Source: an uncultured Gemmatimonadota bacterium
Lineage (GTDB): Bacteria > Blakebacterota > Blakebacteria > Blakebacterales > Blakebacteraceae
Assembly (NCBI GenBank): GCA_964576115.1
Contig: CAZNUA010000009.1
Span: 20,364-84,363 of the forward strand
Reading direction: 5' to 3'
Length of the DNA stretch: 64,000 bases
Shown here: positions 9,522-19,044 of the stretch, in pieces
How positions within the stretch are numbered: position 1 is the first letter of the stretch
How the letters are laid out: each line of letters opens with the position of its first letter
The notes under the pieces: model-generated
The model's database searches: none
Told to the model about the DNA's origin: nothing
The model's input: only the letters and a program-made list of their open reading frames with translations
Made by a program: the position numbers and the translations under genes

Positions 9522-10451
9522 TCAGCGGTAGAGGGGAACGTCGCGTTCGGCCCGCAGGCGGTTGTAGAGCAGGATCTCGGGGCGGTATTCGAAGTGGATG
9601 GTATCGAAGCGGGCCCACTTGCCCCCCCACACGAAGCCGTGCCGCTCGAAGATTTCGATGACCGCCTGCGGCGGGCTCCAGCGCTGATCCAACGGCAGGC
9701 GGTCCCACCGTCCGTACCAGACCCGGGTCCATTCCCAGAAGACCTGCCGGCGGCCGTAACTGCGTGGTTCGAGATCGAGCGCCAGCCCGTAGGCGTGAAA
9801 GCTGCTGATGCCGGTATTCGAGATCGAGCGGGTCTGGAAGGAGTAGACGGTCCTGAGTTCCTCGATCCAGGTTTGCAGGTCGGGATCGGTGCGGGCGGCG
9901 GCGAGCAGTTCTGCTTCGATGGCCGCCAGTTCCTCGGCGCAGAAGGTGTTGATGAAAATGCTGTGCTCGAGGAAACGGGCCGAACGGCCGTGGGTGCGCC
10001 GTTGCGCCTCGTTGCGGCCGAAGATGGCATCCAGAAAATCGGAGGCGATCCGGATTCGCTCGCCGGCCCAGGGCACCGGCTCGGTCAGCGGATCGAGGGG
10101 GTAATCGTAAAAGATCGAATCATAGCGGTGGGCCCATTCCAGGTGGCCGGGTCCCAGCAGCTTGCCGTCCTGGAAGTGAATTCGCTGGCGGCCGATCGCA
10201 AAGACGACGTCATCGGGAGTGGTGATCAGGGAATCGATGAACTCGCCGTAGGTCCGTTCGAGGGCCAGCAGCTGCAGTTCCCGCTCGTCGCTGGTGAAGG
10301 ACGCGGGATCGGCCGCGGCCGGGCCCACGGTTCCGGCCTCGGCCGCTCCGCTCGAGGGCGGCGACAGGTGCAGTGTCAGCAGGCCGGCCAGGCCGACCAT
10401 GATCAGGGCCAGCGCGAGCGCCGCCCGCCGGGAGTACGGGGTCGCTGTCAT
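9522..10451 (-). CDS. M15 family zinc peptidase (D,D-carboxypeptidase / L-Ala-D-Glu peptidase-like), membrane-anchored or secreted
   Basis: SFHAYGLALD (SxHxxGxAxD) and DTIHFEY zinc motifs; hydrophobic N-terminus. Confidence 0.85.
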   Translation of the reverse strand: MTATPYSRRAALALALIMVGLAGLLTLHLSPPSSGAAEAGTVGPAAADPASFTSDERELQLLALERTYGEFIDSLITTPDDVVFAIGRQRIHFQDGKLLGPGHLEWAHRYDSIFYDYPLDPLTEPVPWAGERIRIASDFLDAIFGRNEAQRRTHGRSARFLEHSIFINTFCAEELAAIEAELLAAARTDPDLQTWIEELRTVYSFQTRSISNTGISSFHAYGLALDLEPRSYGRRQVFWEWTRVWYGRWDRLPLDQRWSPPQAVIEIFERHGFVWGGKWARFDTIHFEYRPEILLYNRLRAERDVPLYR

Positions 10452-10615
10452 CGCCGCGGGCCCCCGCGGCGAGCTTGATCTAAGTATCTTAGGGCAGACA
10501 TCAGATCCTGATACGCGGCAGGATCGGAAAGGTTCCGGGGCCGGGACCGCGATCCCCGCAAGGCGCCGTGTCCGTCCGGGCGCCGTCGCATCCGGACGGC
10601 GGCCGTGACCCTGTA

Positions 10616-10644
10616 TTGACCCTGACGGGGCGGCAGTCTATCGT
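10616..10644 (+). promoter_or_regulatory. Sigma70-type leaderless promoter for the dinG-like operon
   Basis: TTGACC (10616-10621), 17 nt, TATCGT (10639-10644), 5 nt, ATG (10650); no SD. Confidence 0.6.
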
Positions 10645-10649
10645 GCGGC

Positions 10650-13247
10650 ATGCGTTCGGATCGTCCTCCGGCCTCGGGGCCGGCTCCCGCCGGCACCCCT
10701 CTCAAACGTTCGACCCGTCCCGCCCGGGAGTGGTTCGAGCCCGCCGTGGCCCGGGCCGTGGCCGCCGAGATCGCGGCCGCGGGCGGGAGCGAGGTGTTCT
10801 TCGTCGGCCGGCTCTCGGATGCCGGCGTCATCGTCGAAGCCGAAGTGGCCGCCCGGGGCAGCCGCGAAGCGGTCCCCGTCATCGCCCGCGCCGTCCGGCC
10901 GGGCGAGATCGTTCTGCACAACCATCCCTCCGGTTCGCTGGCGGCCTCGGGCCCCGATCTCGAGATCGCCGCCGCCTTCGGAAGCGACGGGATCGGCTTC
11001 GCTATCATAGACAACGACTGCCGGAATATCTACGTGGTGGTGGAACCGGGCCGGGCCGACGAGATCCGGCCGGTCGATCTGGCCGAGGTCGAAGCGTTCT
11101 TCGCCCCCGGGGGCCCCCTGAGCCGGACCCTGCCGGGGTACGAACCCCGGACGGTTCAGAGCCACATGGCGCTGGCGGCGGCCGGTGCTTTCAACGACGG
11201 CCGGGTGGTACTCGTAGAAGCCGGCACCGGGGTGGGCAAGAGCCTGGCCTATCTGGTCCCGGCCGTGCTGTGGGCGTGCCGCAATCACCGCCGGGTGGTG
11301 ATCTCGACCAATACCATCAACCTGCAGGAACAGCTCCTGGGATCCGATCTGCCGGTCCTCGAAGAGGCGGGGCTGGAATTCAGGGCGGTTCTGGTCAAGG
11401 GCCGCCGCAACTATGTCTGCCTGCGCAAGGTCGACGAGGTACGGCTCGAACCCGATCTGTTCGCCGAACTCGACGGCGATGTCACAGAACTCGAGCGGCT
11501 CATCACCTGGGCCGGGCGAAGCGAGGACGGCAGTCTGGCCGACCTGCGCCCGCCTCCTCCCGAGCGGGTCTGGGAGAAGGTGGCCACCGAGAGTGACGAC
11601 TGCGCCCGGGCCCGCTGCCCCTGGTTCAACGAGTGCCGTTTCTACCGGGCCCGCCGGCGCGCCGCGACGGCCGATCTGCTGATCGTGAACCACCACCTGC
11701 TCTTCACCGATCTGGCCCTGCGCCAGGCCCTGGGGCCGACCGGCAATACGGCCGTCCTGCCAGCCTACAGCCATGTCATCATCGACGAGGCCCAGCATGT
11801 CGAGGAAACCGCCACGTCTCACTTCGGCACCGACATATCCAGTGTCGGGGTTCAGCGCCAGATCGGACGGCTGCAGCATCGCACCCGTTCCACCCGGGGA
11901 CTGCTCCCGGTGCTGCAGCGCGTCCTGCTGCCCCTGGTCGAAAAAGATCCCCAGGCGGCCCGCGCCCTGGACCGGCTCGAAACCGCAGTACGGCCTGCGT
12001 GCCGGCAGGCCGCCGAAGAGGTGGCGGCCCATTTCTCTCATCTCGACCGGGCTCTGCAGCCGCTGCTCACGGCCTCGGGACCCGAGACCCGCCTGCGCCT
12101 GACCGAGGCGGTCGAGAGCGATCCCGCCTGGGGCGAGGACGCCCGGGTGACCTGCCAGGCACTGCGCCGCGAGCTGGCCAGGCTCGTCGAAGAACTCGAG
12201 AAACTGCTGCGCGACATCGAGCCGCTGCGCGACGAATACGCCGACGACCTCGATTCTCCCCGCCTCGACATCGCCGCCTCGACCGGCCGTCTGAGCCGGG
12301 CCGCAGCGGCCCTGGCCCGCTTTACCGAACCCGACGATAGCGACGCGGAGAGCGTCCGGTGGATCGAAACCTCGCCCCGGCGCCGCGGCACCGCGCGGGT
12401 GGTTCTGGCCACCGCTCCGATCGAGGTCGGCCCCCAGCTGGCCCGGGCCTGCTTCGAGACCGTCGAGGGGGCTCTGCTCTGTTCGGCCACGCTGGCGGTC
12501 GACGGTGACTTCGGGTATACCGCCACCCGTCTCGGGCTCGACCGCCTCGAATCGGGCCGCGTCGTCGCCGATCTGCTCCCCAGCCCTTTCCGCTATGACG
12601 AGCAGACTCTCTTCATGGTTGTCGACGACCTGCCGCTGCCCGATCAGGAGGGGCAGGAGGAGGCGATGGCGGACCTGCTGACCGAGGCGATTGCGGCCGC
12701 CGGGGGGCGCACCCTGGTACTCACCACCGCCTGGGGCGCCCTGCGGCGCCTGCACGAGCGGCTTGCCGAACCCCTGGCCGCGCGGGGGGTGACCCTGCGG
12801 CGTCAGGGCCAGGCTCCCCGGGCCGACCTGCTCGAATCTCTGCGGACCGGAGAGGGCCAGGCTTTGCTGGCCACCGATTCGTTCTGGGAGGGAATCGACG
12901 TACGCGGCGAAGCTCTGAGCCTGGTGGCGCTGACCCGTCTGCCGTTCCGGGTGCCCTCCGAACCGGTTCTGCAGGCCCGCGCCGAACGGCTGGAACGCGA
13001 GGGGGGCAACGCCTTCACGGAATTGCTCCTGCCGATGGCGGTCCTCAAATTCAAGCAGGGCATGGGACGGCTGATCAGGCACCGCAACGATCGCGGGATC
13101 GCCCTGGTGCTGGATCCCCGGATCGTGCGCCGCGCCTATGGCAAGACCTTTGTCGCCTCGCTCGGCTGGGGGGCGCCCGAACCGGTCCCGGCGCGCGAGG
13201 CGCTCGAACGGATCAGGGAGTGGTTTGAAGAGGAGGCGCGTCCATGA
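10650..13247 (+). CDS. DinG/YoaA-family Fe-S SF2 helicase with N-terminal JAB/MPN domain
   Basis: Walker A EAGTGVGKS, motif II DEAQH, four Fe-S Cys (YVC, DDC, RC, EC), FWEGIDVRG, QGMGRLIR. N-terminal HNHPSGSLAASGPD fits the JAMM motif HxHx7Sx2D. Confidence 0.9.
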   Translation: MRSDRPPASGPAPAGTPLKRSTRPAREWFEPAVARAVAAEIAAAGGSEVFFVGRLSDAGVIVEAEVAARGSREAVPVIARAVRPGEIVLHNHPSGSLAASGPDLEIAAAFGSDGIGFAIIDNDCRNIYVVVEPGRADEIRPVDLAEVEAFFAPGGPLSRTLPGYEPRTVQSHMALAAAGAFNDGRVVLVEAGTGVGKSLAYLVPAVLWACRNHRRVVISTNTINLQEQLLGSDLPVLEEAGLEFRAVLVKGRRNYVCLRKVDEVRLEPDLFAELDGDVTELERLITWAGRSEDGSLADLRPPPPERVWEKVATESDDCARARCPWFNECRFYRARRRAATADLLIVNHHLLFTDLALRQALGPTGNTAVLPAYSHVIIDEAQHVEETATSHFGTDISSVGVQRQIGRLQHRTRSTRGLLPVLQRVLLPLVEKDPQAARALDRLETAVRPACRQAAEEVAAHFSHLDRALQPLLTASGPETRLRLTEAVESDPAWGEDARVTCQALRRELARLVEELEKLLRDIEPLRDEYADDLDSPRLDIAASTGRLSRAAAALARFTEPDDSDAESVRWIETSPRRRGTARVVLATAPIEVGPQLARACFETVEGALLCSATLAVDGDFGYTATRLGLDRLESGRVVADLLPSPFRYDEQTLFMVVDDLPLPDQEGQEEAMADLLTEAIAAAGGRTLVLTTAWGALRRLHERLAEPLAARGVTLRRQGQAPRADLLESLRTGEGQALLATDSFWEGIDVRGEALSLVALTRLPFRVPSEPVLQARAERLEREGGNAFTELLLPMAVLKFKQGMGRLIRHRNDRGIALVLDPRIVRRAYGKTFVASLGWGAPEPVPAREALERIREWFEEEARP

Positions 13248-14494
13248 GCGGCGAGCAGACACTCACTGCGGTCGAACGGGCGCGAGCCGGACTTCGCCGG
13301 CTCAAGGTCGAGGCCGAACGTGAGGGCTGGCGGGCCGGCGCGGCGGTGCGCCTCGGGCTGGCGCCGGGACGGGTCAACCTGTTGGGCGAGCATGTCGATT
13401 ACAGCGACGGCTGGGTGATGCCGGTGGCGATCGACCGCCATGTCGCGGCCGCGTATGAGCCCGGCGGCGGGACGCACCTGGTCGTGCACAGCCTCGATTT
13501 CGCCGACACCTTCCGCATCGATCTGACCGAACTCGAAGCCGTGGGCTCCGAGCCCGACCGGTTCGAGGCCCTGGTGGGCGGAGCCCATACCCGCTGGCGG
13601 CGCTACGCCGCCGGGGTCGTCCTCGAACTCGCTGCGGCCGGCGATGTTCCGAGGCCGGGTCTGATGGCGATCGCCGGCGATGTTCCCCTCGGGGCCGGAC
13701 TCTCTTCTTCGGCCGCGCTCGAGGCCGCGCTGTACACCGCCCTGGCCGCCGACCCCGCGGCGAGCCCGGAAGCGGCCCGGCTCTGCCAGCGGGCCGAGAA
13801 CCGTTGGGCGGGGATGCCGTGCGGGATCATGGATCAGTTCGCCAGTTTCATGGGCGAGCGGGAGAAGGTGCTCTACCTGGACTGCCGTACCCTCGAATTC
13901 CGCTGTCTCGCTTTACCCCCCGGGCTCGAACTCACCGTCGTCGACAGCGGGGTGCGGCGCGAGCTGGCAGCTTCGGCCTACCGCGGGCGCCGGCAGGAAA
14001 TCGAAACGGCGTGCGAACTGATCGGCCGCTTCACCGGCCCGATTCAGACCCTGCGCGACGTGCCGGCCGGATCGTTTTCCGCGTTCGAGGACCTGCTCCC
14101 CGAACCGTTGCGCTCCCGGGTCGAACACGTGCTGGGCGGTTTCGACCGGGTCCGGGAGGGAGTCCGGGTTCTGGCCCTGGGGCAGGGCGAAGCCTTCGGC
14201 GAGCTGATGACGGCCTGCCACCGCTCTCTGGCCGAACTCTATGCGGTGAGTATTCCCGAACTGGATCTGATCGTCGCCTCGGCGCTCGAGGTCGAGGGGG
14301 TTCTCGGGGCCCGCCTGACCGGAGCCGGTTTCGGCGGCTGCTGCGTCGTGCTGCATCGTCCGGATTGCACCGCCGAGCTGACCGGGAGGATCTCCTCGGC
14401 CCTTCGCGAGCGCTTCGACATCGAGCCGCTCTGCCATCATCTTGCTGTCGCCGACGGAGCCCGCCGGCTGGAACCGGAAGGAGAGGGCGCATGA
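13244..14494 (+). CDS. galK: Galactokinase (GHMP kinase)
   Basis: PGRVNLLGEHVDY, PLGAGLSSSAA, CGIMDQ, GARLTGAGFGGC; ATGA overlap with the helicase gene. Confidence 0.9.
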   Translation: MSGEQTLTAVERARAGLRRLKVEAEREGWRAGAAVRLGLAPGRVNLLGEHVDYSDGWVMPVAIDRHVAAAYEPGGGTHLVVHSLDFADTFRIDLTELEAVGSEPDRFEALVGGAHTRWRRYAAGVVLELAAAGDVPRPGLMAIAGDVPLGAGLSSSAALEAALYTALAADPAASPEAARLCQRAENRWAGMPCGIMDQFASFMGEREKVLYLDCRTLEFRCLALPPGLELTVVDSGVRRELAASAYRGRRQEIETACELIGRFTGPIQTLRDVPAGSFSAFEDLLPEPLRSRVEHVLGGFDRVREGVRVLALGQGEAFGELMTACHRSLAELYAVSIPELDLIVASALEVEGVLGARLTGAGFGGCCVVLHRPDCTAELTGRISSALRERFDIEPLCHHLAVADGARRLEPEGEGA

Positions 14495-16662
14495 GCATGC
14501 GGCTCATCGGGGTGGATACGGGAGGCACCTTCACCGACCTGGTGGCCCTGACCGCCGGGACACTCGAACACCACAAGCTGGCCAGCACACCGGCCGATCC
14601 CGCCCGGGCGGTCCTGGAGGGTGTCGGCGTCCTGACCGGGGGGGCGGGCCCCGATCCCGACGATCGGGTGGCCCATGGCACCACCGTCGGCACCAACGCC
14701 GTTCTGACCGGACAGGTGGCGGCGGCCGTGCTCGTGACCACCCGCGGTTTCGAGGACGTGCTCGAGATCGGGCGCCAGGACCGGCCCCGGCTCTACGACC
14801 TGGAGGTCGAGCGGCCCCGGCCGCTGATTGCCGCCGGGCGGCGGCTGGGTATTGCGGAGCGGATCGGTCCCGAAGGTCAGGTGGAGCAATCCCTGGCGGC
14901 CGGCGACCGCGCCCTGGCCGGATTGCTCGAGGCGCTGGAAGCCCTCGATCCTCCCCCCGAGGCGATCGCCGTTTCGCTCCTGCACGCCTACGCCAATCCG
15001 AACCACGAACGCCTGATCGGGGCCGAACTCGCGCGCCGCTTCCCCGGGATTCCCCTGACCCTTTCGAGCGAGCTGATTCCCGTCTTCCGGGAGTACGAAC
15101 GGACCTCGACCGTGGTTGTGAACGCCGCCGTACAGCCGGTCATGAGCCGATATCTCGGGCGGCTGCGCGAGGGATTGGGCTCGCAGCGGCTCACCATCAC
15201 GACCTCGAGCGGGGGCTCGGTGTCGGCGCGGCGAGCCGCCGAGGAGCCGGTCCGCACCCTGCTCTCGGGCCCGGCCGCAGGAGTGGCCGGAGCTCTGGCC
15301 GTGGCCCGGCGGGCCGGGTTCGAGAAGGTTCTGACCTTCGATATGGGCGGGACCAGCACCGACGTGGCCCTCTGCGACGGCGCCATCCGCCTGACCGCCG
15401 AGGGAGGGCTGGAGGGCTATCCCCTGCTCGTCGACCAGGTGGATCTGCATACCGTCGGAGCCGGCGGGGGAAGTCTGGCCCGGGTCGACCGGGGGGGCGC
15501 CCTGGTGGTCGGACCGCAGAGCGCCGGGGCCGATCCGGGACCGCTCGCCTACGGCCGCCGCACCGCGGGCGAGGCCGGCGAGGGGGTGACCGTCACCGAC
15601 GCCAACCTTCTGCTCGGCCGGCTGCCCGCCGCCGGCCTGCTGGGGGGCGGCATGGCCCTGGACGACGGGGCCGCGCGGAGCGGACTGGAGCGTCTGGCCG
15701 CCGCGGCCGGCCGGGTGCCCGGAGCGCGCCCGATGACTCCCGAAGAATGTGCCGAGGGAGTGGTGCGGGTTGCGGTCACGACCATGGCGGGGGCCCTGCG
15801 GCGGATCAGTGTGGAGCGGGGCAAGGATCCCCGCGGCTATGTGCTGGTTTCGTTCGGCGGGGCCGGCGCGATGCACGCCGCCGCCCTGGCCCGGGAAATG
15901 GGAATCGACACCGTCCTCATTCCCCGCGAGCCCGGTCTGCTGTCGGCCGTGGGAACGCTGGTGGCCGGTATGCGGATCGACCGGGCGCGCACGGTGCTCG
16001 GGCTGGATCCCGGCACCGACGCCGGAGCCGAGCAGCTCGAATGTGCCTGGCGCGAACTGGAAGATGAAGCCGTCACCGGACTCGACGAGTCGGGTGCGGA
16101 GCAGAGCGGTCGCCGGATCGAACGCTGGGCCGACCTGCGCTACCGCGGCCAGTCGTTCGAGCTGACGGTCGAGGCCTCGACTCCAGCCACATCCGGGCGC
16201 CAACCGCAGCGGGCGCCGGGGGATCTCTGGACCGCACTGCGGGAGCGTTTCGCCGCCGCACACCGGGAGCGCTACGGCTACGATCGGCTCGAGACGCCGG
16301 TCGAACTGGTCTCGATCCGGGTGGCGGGTCACGGCCCCCCGGCGGCCGGCCTCGACACCCTGCTGCCGCCCCTGGCACAAGAGAGCGAAGAGGGCGGAGC
16401 GGCCTCGCCCGGCGCGGCCACCGGAGGCCGGGCAGCCGCCGCGGCCGGGGAACGAGCGCCGGCGCAGGATGCGTATCCGCGGCGGGATATGATCTGGGAG
16501 GGGCAGATGTATCCGACCCCCCAGATTCCCCGCTCGGCGCTTACGGCCGGGACCAGCTTGCGCGGCCCGGCCCTGATGTACGAATTTTCCGCTACCACGA
16601 TCGTCCCCCCCGGAGCCCGGGTCGAGATCGACCCCTGGGGCGATCTGATTCTGAAGGTCTGA
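14491..16662 (+). CDS. Hydantoinase/5-oxoprolinase subunit A (HyuA-like)
   Basis: GVDTGGTFTD, HGTTVGTNA, SGPAAG, DMGGTSTD, GAGGGS, TVTDANLLLG; ATG at 14491 overlaps the galK stop. Confidence 0.92.
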   Translation: MSMRLIGVDTGGTFTDLVALTAGTLEHHKLASTPADPARAVLEGVGVLTGGAGPDPDDRVAHGTTVGTNAVLTGQVAAAVLVTTRGFEDVLEIGRQDRPRLYDLEVERPRPLIAAGRRLGIAERIGPEGQVEQSLAAGDRALAGLLEALEALDPPPEAIAVSLLHAYANPNHERLIGAELARRFPGIPLTLSSELIPVFREYERTSTVVVNAAVQPVMSRYLGRLREGLGSQRLTITTSSGGSVSARRAAEEPVRTLLSGPAAGVAGALAVARRAGFEKVLTFDMGGTSTDVALCDGAIRLTAEGGLEGYPLLVDQVDLHTVGAGGGSLARVDRGGALVVGPQSAGADPGPLAYGRRTAGEAGEGVTVTDANLLLGRLPAAGLLGGGMALDDGAARSGLERLAAAAGRVPGARPMTPEECAEGVVRVAVTTMAGALRRISVERGKDPRGYVLVSFGGAGAMHAAALAREMGIDTVLIPREPGLLSAVGTLVAGMRIDRARTVLGLDPGTDAGAEQLECAWRELEDEAVTGLDESGAEQSGRRIERWADLRYRGQSFELTVEASTPATSGRQPQRAPGDLWTALRERFAAAHRERYGYDRLETPVELVSIRVAGHGPPAAGLDTLLPPLAQESEEGGAASPGAATGGRAAAAAGERAPAQDAYPRRDMIWEGQMYPTPQIPRSALTAGTSLRGPALMYEFSATTIVPPGARVEIDPWGDLILKV

Positions 16663-16679
16663 GAAAGAGGAGTCAGAGG

Positions 16680-17933
16680 GTGAGCGAGGAGACCGACCGT
16701 AGCGACACACCCGGCCGCAAAGCCATTCCCGACCGCAGCGACATCTCCAGCCGCGCCTTTCCGACCCGCGCCGTGCACGCGGGCGAGGGCGACGATCCCG
16801 CCACCGGAGCCGCCGCGGTGCCGATCTACCAGACGGCGCCCTTCGGCTTCACGACCGCACAGGGACTCGAGGATGCTTTTCTGCGGCCGCGGGGCGAGTA
16901 CATCTACACCCGGCTCGGCAATCCGACCGTGCGCGCGCTCGAAACCAAGGTCAGCGCCCTCGAGGGGACCGAGGATGCCGTCGCGGCCGCCTCGGGTATG
17001 GCGGCCATTTCCACGGCCATGTTCACCCTGCTTGAGCCGGGAGGGCGGCTGGTAGCCTACCGCGATGTCTACGGCGGCACCTCGGGATTCTTCCAGCGCC
17101 TGCTCGAGCCATGGGGGATCGAGGTGAACTGGGTCGAGGCGGGAGCCGAAGCCGGTGAGGGCAAGCGCCTGCGGGCCGCCCTGGGGAACGGGGCCGACGT
17201 TCTTTACCTGGAGTCGCCCACCAATCCCACCCTGAAGATCTGCGACCTCGCCGCCGCCGCCCGGCTCGGGCACGAGGCCGGTGCGGTGGTGGTGGTCGAC
17301 AACACCTTCGCGTCGCCCGTGCTGCAGCGCCCTCTCGAGCTGGGGGCCGACCTGGTGGTGCACTCGCTGACCAAGTTCCTCGGCGGTCACGGCGACACCA
17401 CCGGCGGAATCGTGGCCGGAGGGGCCGAAAAAACGACCGCGATCCGGAGCCGGCTGGTCGACCTGGGAGGCATCATGGATCCTCTGGCGGCCTTCCTGCT
17501 GATGCGCGGCATCAAGACGGTCGCGGTCCGGGTCAGGCAGGCCTCCGAAAACGCCCTGGCCCTGGCCCGCTGGCTCGAGGAGCACCCCCGGGTGAAAAAG
17601 GTCAATTACCCGGGGCTCGAGAGCCACCCCGGACACGCCGTGGCTGCGGCGCAGATGAGTGCCTTCGGGGCGATGCTTTCCTTCGAACTCGAAGCCGACC
17701 TCGAGGCCACCCGCCGGGTGGTCGACACCCTGCAGCTGATCAGAATCATCCCCAGTCTGGGGAGCGTGGAAACAACCCTGCTGTTGCCAGCGGTCTCGTC
17801 ACACTACAAGTTGAAGAAAGCAGAGCGTGAAGCGATCGGGATACCCGACGGACTGATCAGGATTTCCGTGGGTATCGAAGAGGTGGATGATGTCGTGGCC
17901 GATCTGGAAAACGGCCTGGCGGTGCTCGCCTGA
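16680..17933 (+). CDS. PLP-dependent trans-sulfuration enzyme (cystathionine gamma-synthase / methionine gamma-lyase family)
   Basis: YTRLGNPT, SGMAAI, VVDNTFASP, HSLTKFLGGH (Schiff-base Lys), SLGSVET. Confidence 0.9.
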   Translation: MSEETDRSDTPGRKAIPDRSDISSRAFPTRAVHAGEGDDPATGAAAVPIYQTAPFGFTTAQGLEDAFLRPRGEYIYTRLGNPTVRALETKVSALEGTEDAVAAASGMAAISTAMFTLLEPGGRLVAYRDVYGGTSGFFQRLLEPWGIEVNWVEAGAEAGEGKRLRAALGNGADVLYLESPTNPTLKICDLAAAARLGHEAGAVVVVDNTFASPVLQRPLELGADLVVHSLTKFLGGHGDTTGGIVAGGAEKTTAIRSRLVDLGGIMDPLAAFLLMRGIKTVAVRVRQASENALALARWLEEHPRVKKVNYPGLESHPGHAVAAAQMSAFGAMLSFELEADLEATRRVVDTLQLIRIIPSLGSVETTLLLPAVSSHYKLKKAEREAIGIPDGLIRISVGIEEVDDVVADLENGLAVLA

Positions 17934-17996
17934 CGTTCACGCCGCACCCGGGGGCGCGATCCGCCGCCGGAGGGCGATAGAGGGATCGACGACAGC

Positions 17997-19043
17997 ATGA
18001 ATGCGAAACGGAAATCGAGCCCGCCGCGCAGCACGCGCGAGAACGCAGCTGCCGACGACGGCTGCTGTTCGAAGGCCGATGTGGTCGGCCTGGGGACCTG
18101 CACCGTCAACTACGAGGCCCTGGTACCCAAACTGGGCTGGCAGAAACCGAAGGTCTTGAGCCAGGGCTTCGAGGTCGCCCCGGGGGGAGCTACCGCCCTG
18201 AGCCTGATCCAGCTCGCCCGGCTGGGGGTCAGTACCGCCTGGCTGGGCATTCTGGGCGACGACGAGGAGGGGGAGATGATCCTCTCGGCCTTCGAGGCCG
18301 AGAATATCTCCACCACCTGCATCGAGAAGCGGCGGGGCCAGCGCTCGCCCTTTTCATGGGTCGCCGTGACCCCGAAAGGGGACCGGGCCACGATCGTCTT
18401 CCCCAACGTGCTGAACTATCTCACGCCCGAAAAGGTCGACGCCGCCATGGTGGGCTGCATCGACTCTTCACTGCACTTTCACACCGACGTGGCCAGCGTG
18501 CCGCTGCGGACCACCCTGCAGGCGATCGAGGTGGCCCGGGCCGCCGACTGCTTCGTGTTGACCGACCTGGACACCGAACCCACCTACCTGGTCGAGGAAG
18601 CCGGTCTGGGCCGGCATAAGGAACTCGAGGCGATCCTGAAGAAGAGCGACGTGGTCAAGGCCTGCTTCGCCGCCGCCACGGCTCTGACCGGAGCCGGGAC
18701 GCCCGCTGAAGCCTGCCGGATTCTGCATTCCACCTATGCTTCGCGCTATACCGTGGTGACCGCCGGCCGCGAAGGCAGCGTGTTGATGTACAACGGCGAG
18801 ACCTGGGACATTCCCGCTCTGGGACCGGCGGTCGACCCCACCGGTGCCGGCGGCGCCTACTTCGGCGGTCTCTCCTACGCCCTGCTGCGGGGCCTGACCG
18901 GCGAGCAGGCCGGTTACTTCGCAGCCGCCTGTGCCGCCTATGCCTGCGCCCGTGTCGGCTCCCTGGCCCTGGGCACACTCGAGGATATCGATGTCATCCT
19001 CAACGGCACTCTCCAGGTCGAGGGGGCCGAAGACGACACCTGA
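17997..19043 (+). CDS. PfkB/ribokinase-fold protein with degenerate catalytic motif
   Basis: Fold signatures PGG..L.QLARLG, LGDDEEG, VVTAGREGS; C-terminal DPTGAGG instead of DxxGAGD. Confidence 0.8.
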   Translation: MNAKRKSSPPRSTRENAAADDGCCSKADVVGLGTCTVNYEALVPKLGWQKPKVLSQGFEVAPGGATALSLIQLARLGVSTAWLGILGDDEEGEMILSAFEAENISTTCIEKRRGQRSPFSWVAVTPKGDRATIVFPNVLNYLTPEKVDAAMVGCIDSSLHFHTDVASVPLRTTLQAIEVARAADCFVLTDLDTEPTYLVEEAGLGRHKELEAILKKSDVVKACFAAATALTGAGTPAEACRILHSTYASRYTVVTAGREGSVLMYNGETWDIPALGPAVDPTGAGGAYFGGLSYALLRGLTGEQAGYFAAACAAYACARVGSLALGTLEDIDVILNGTLQVEGAEDDT

Positions 19044-19044
19044 C

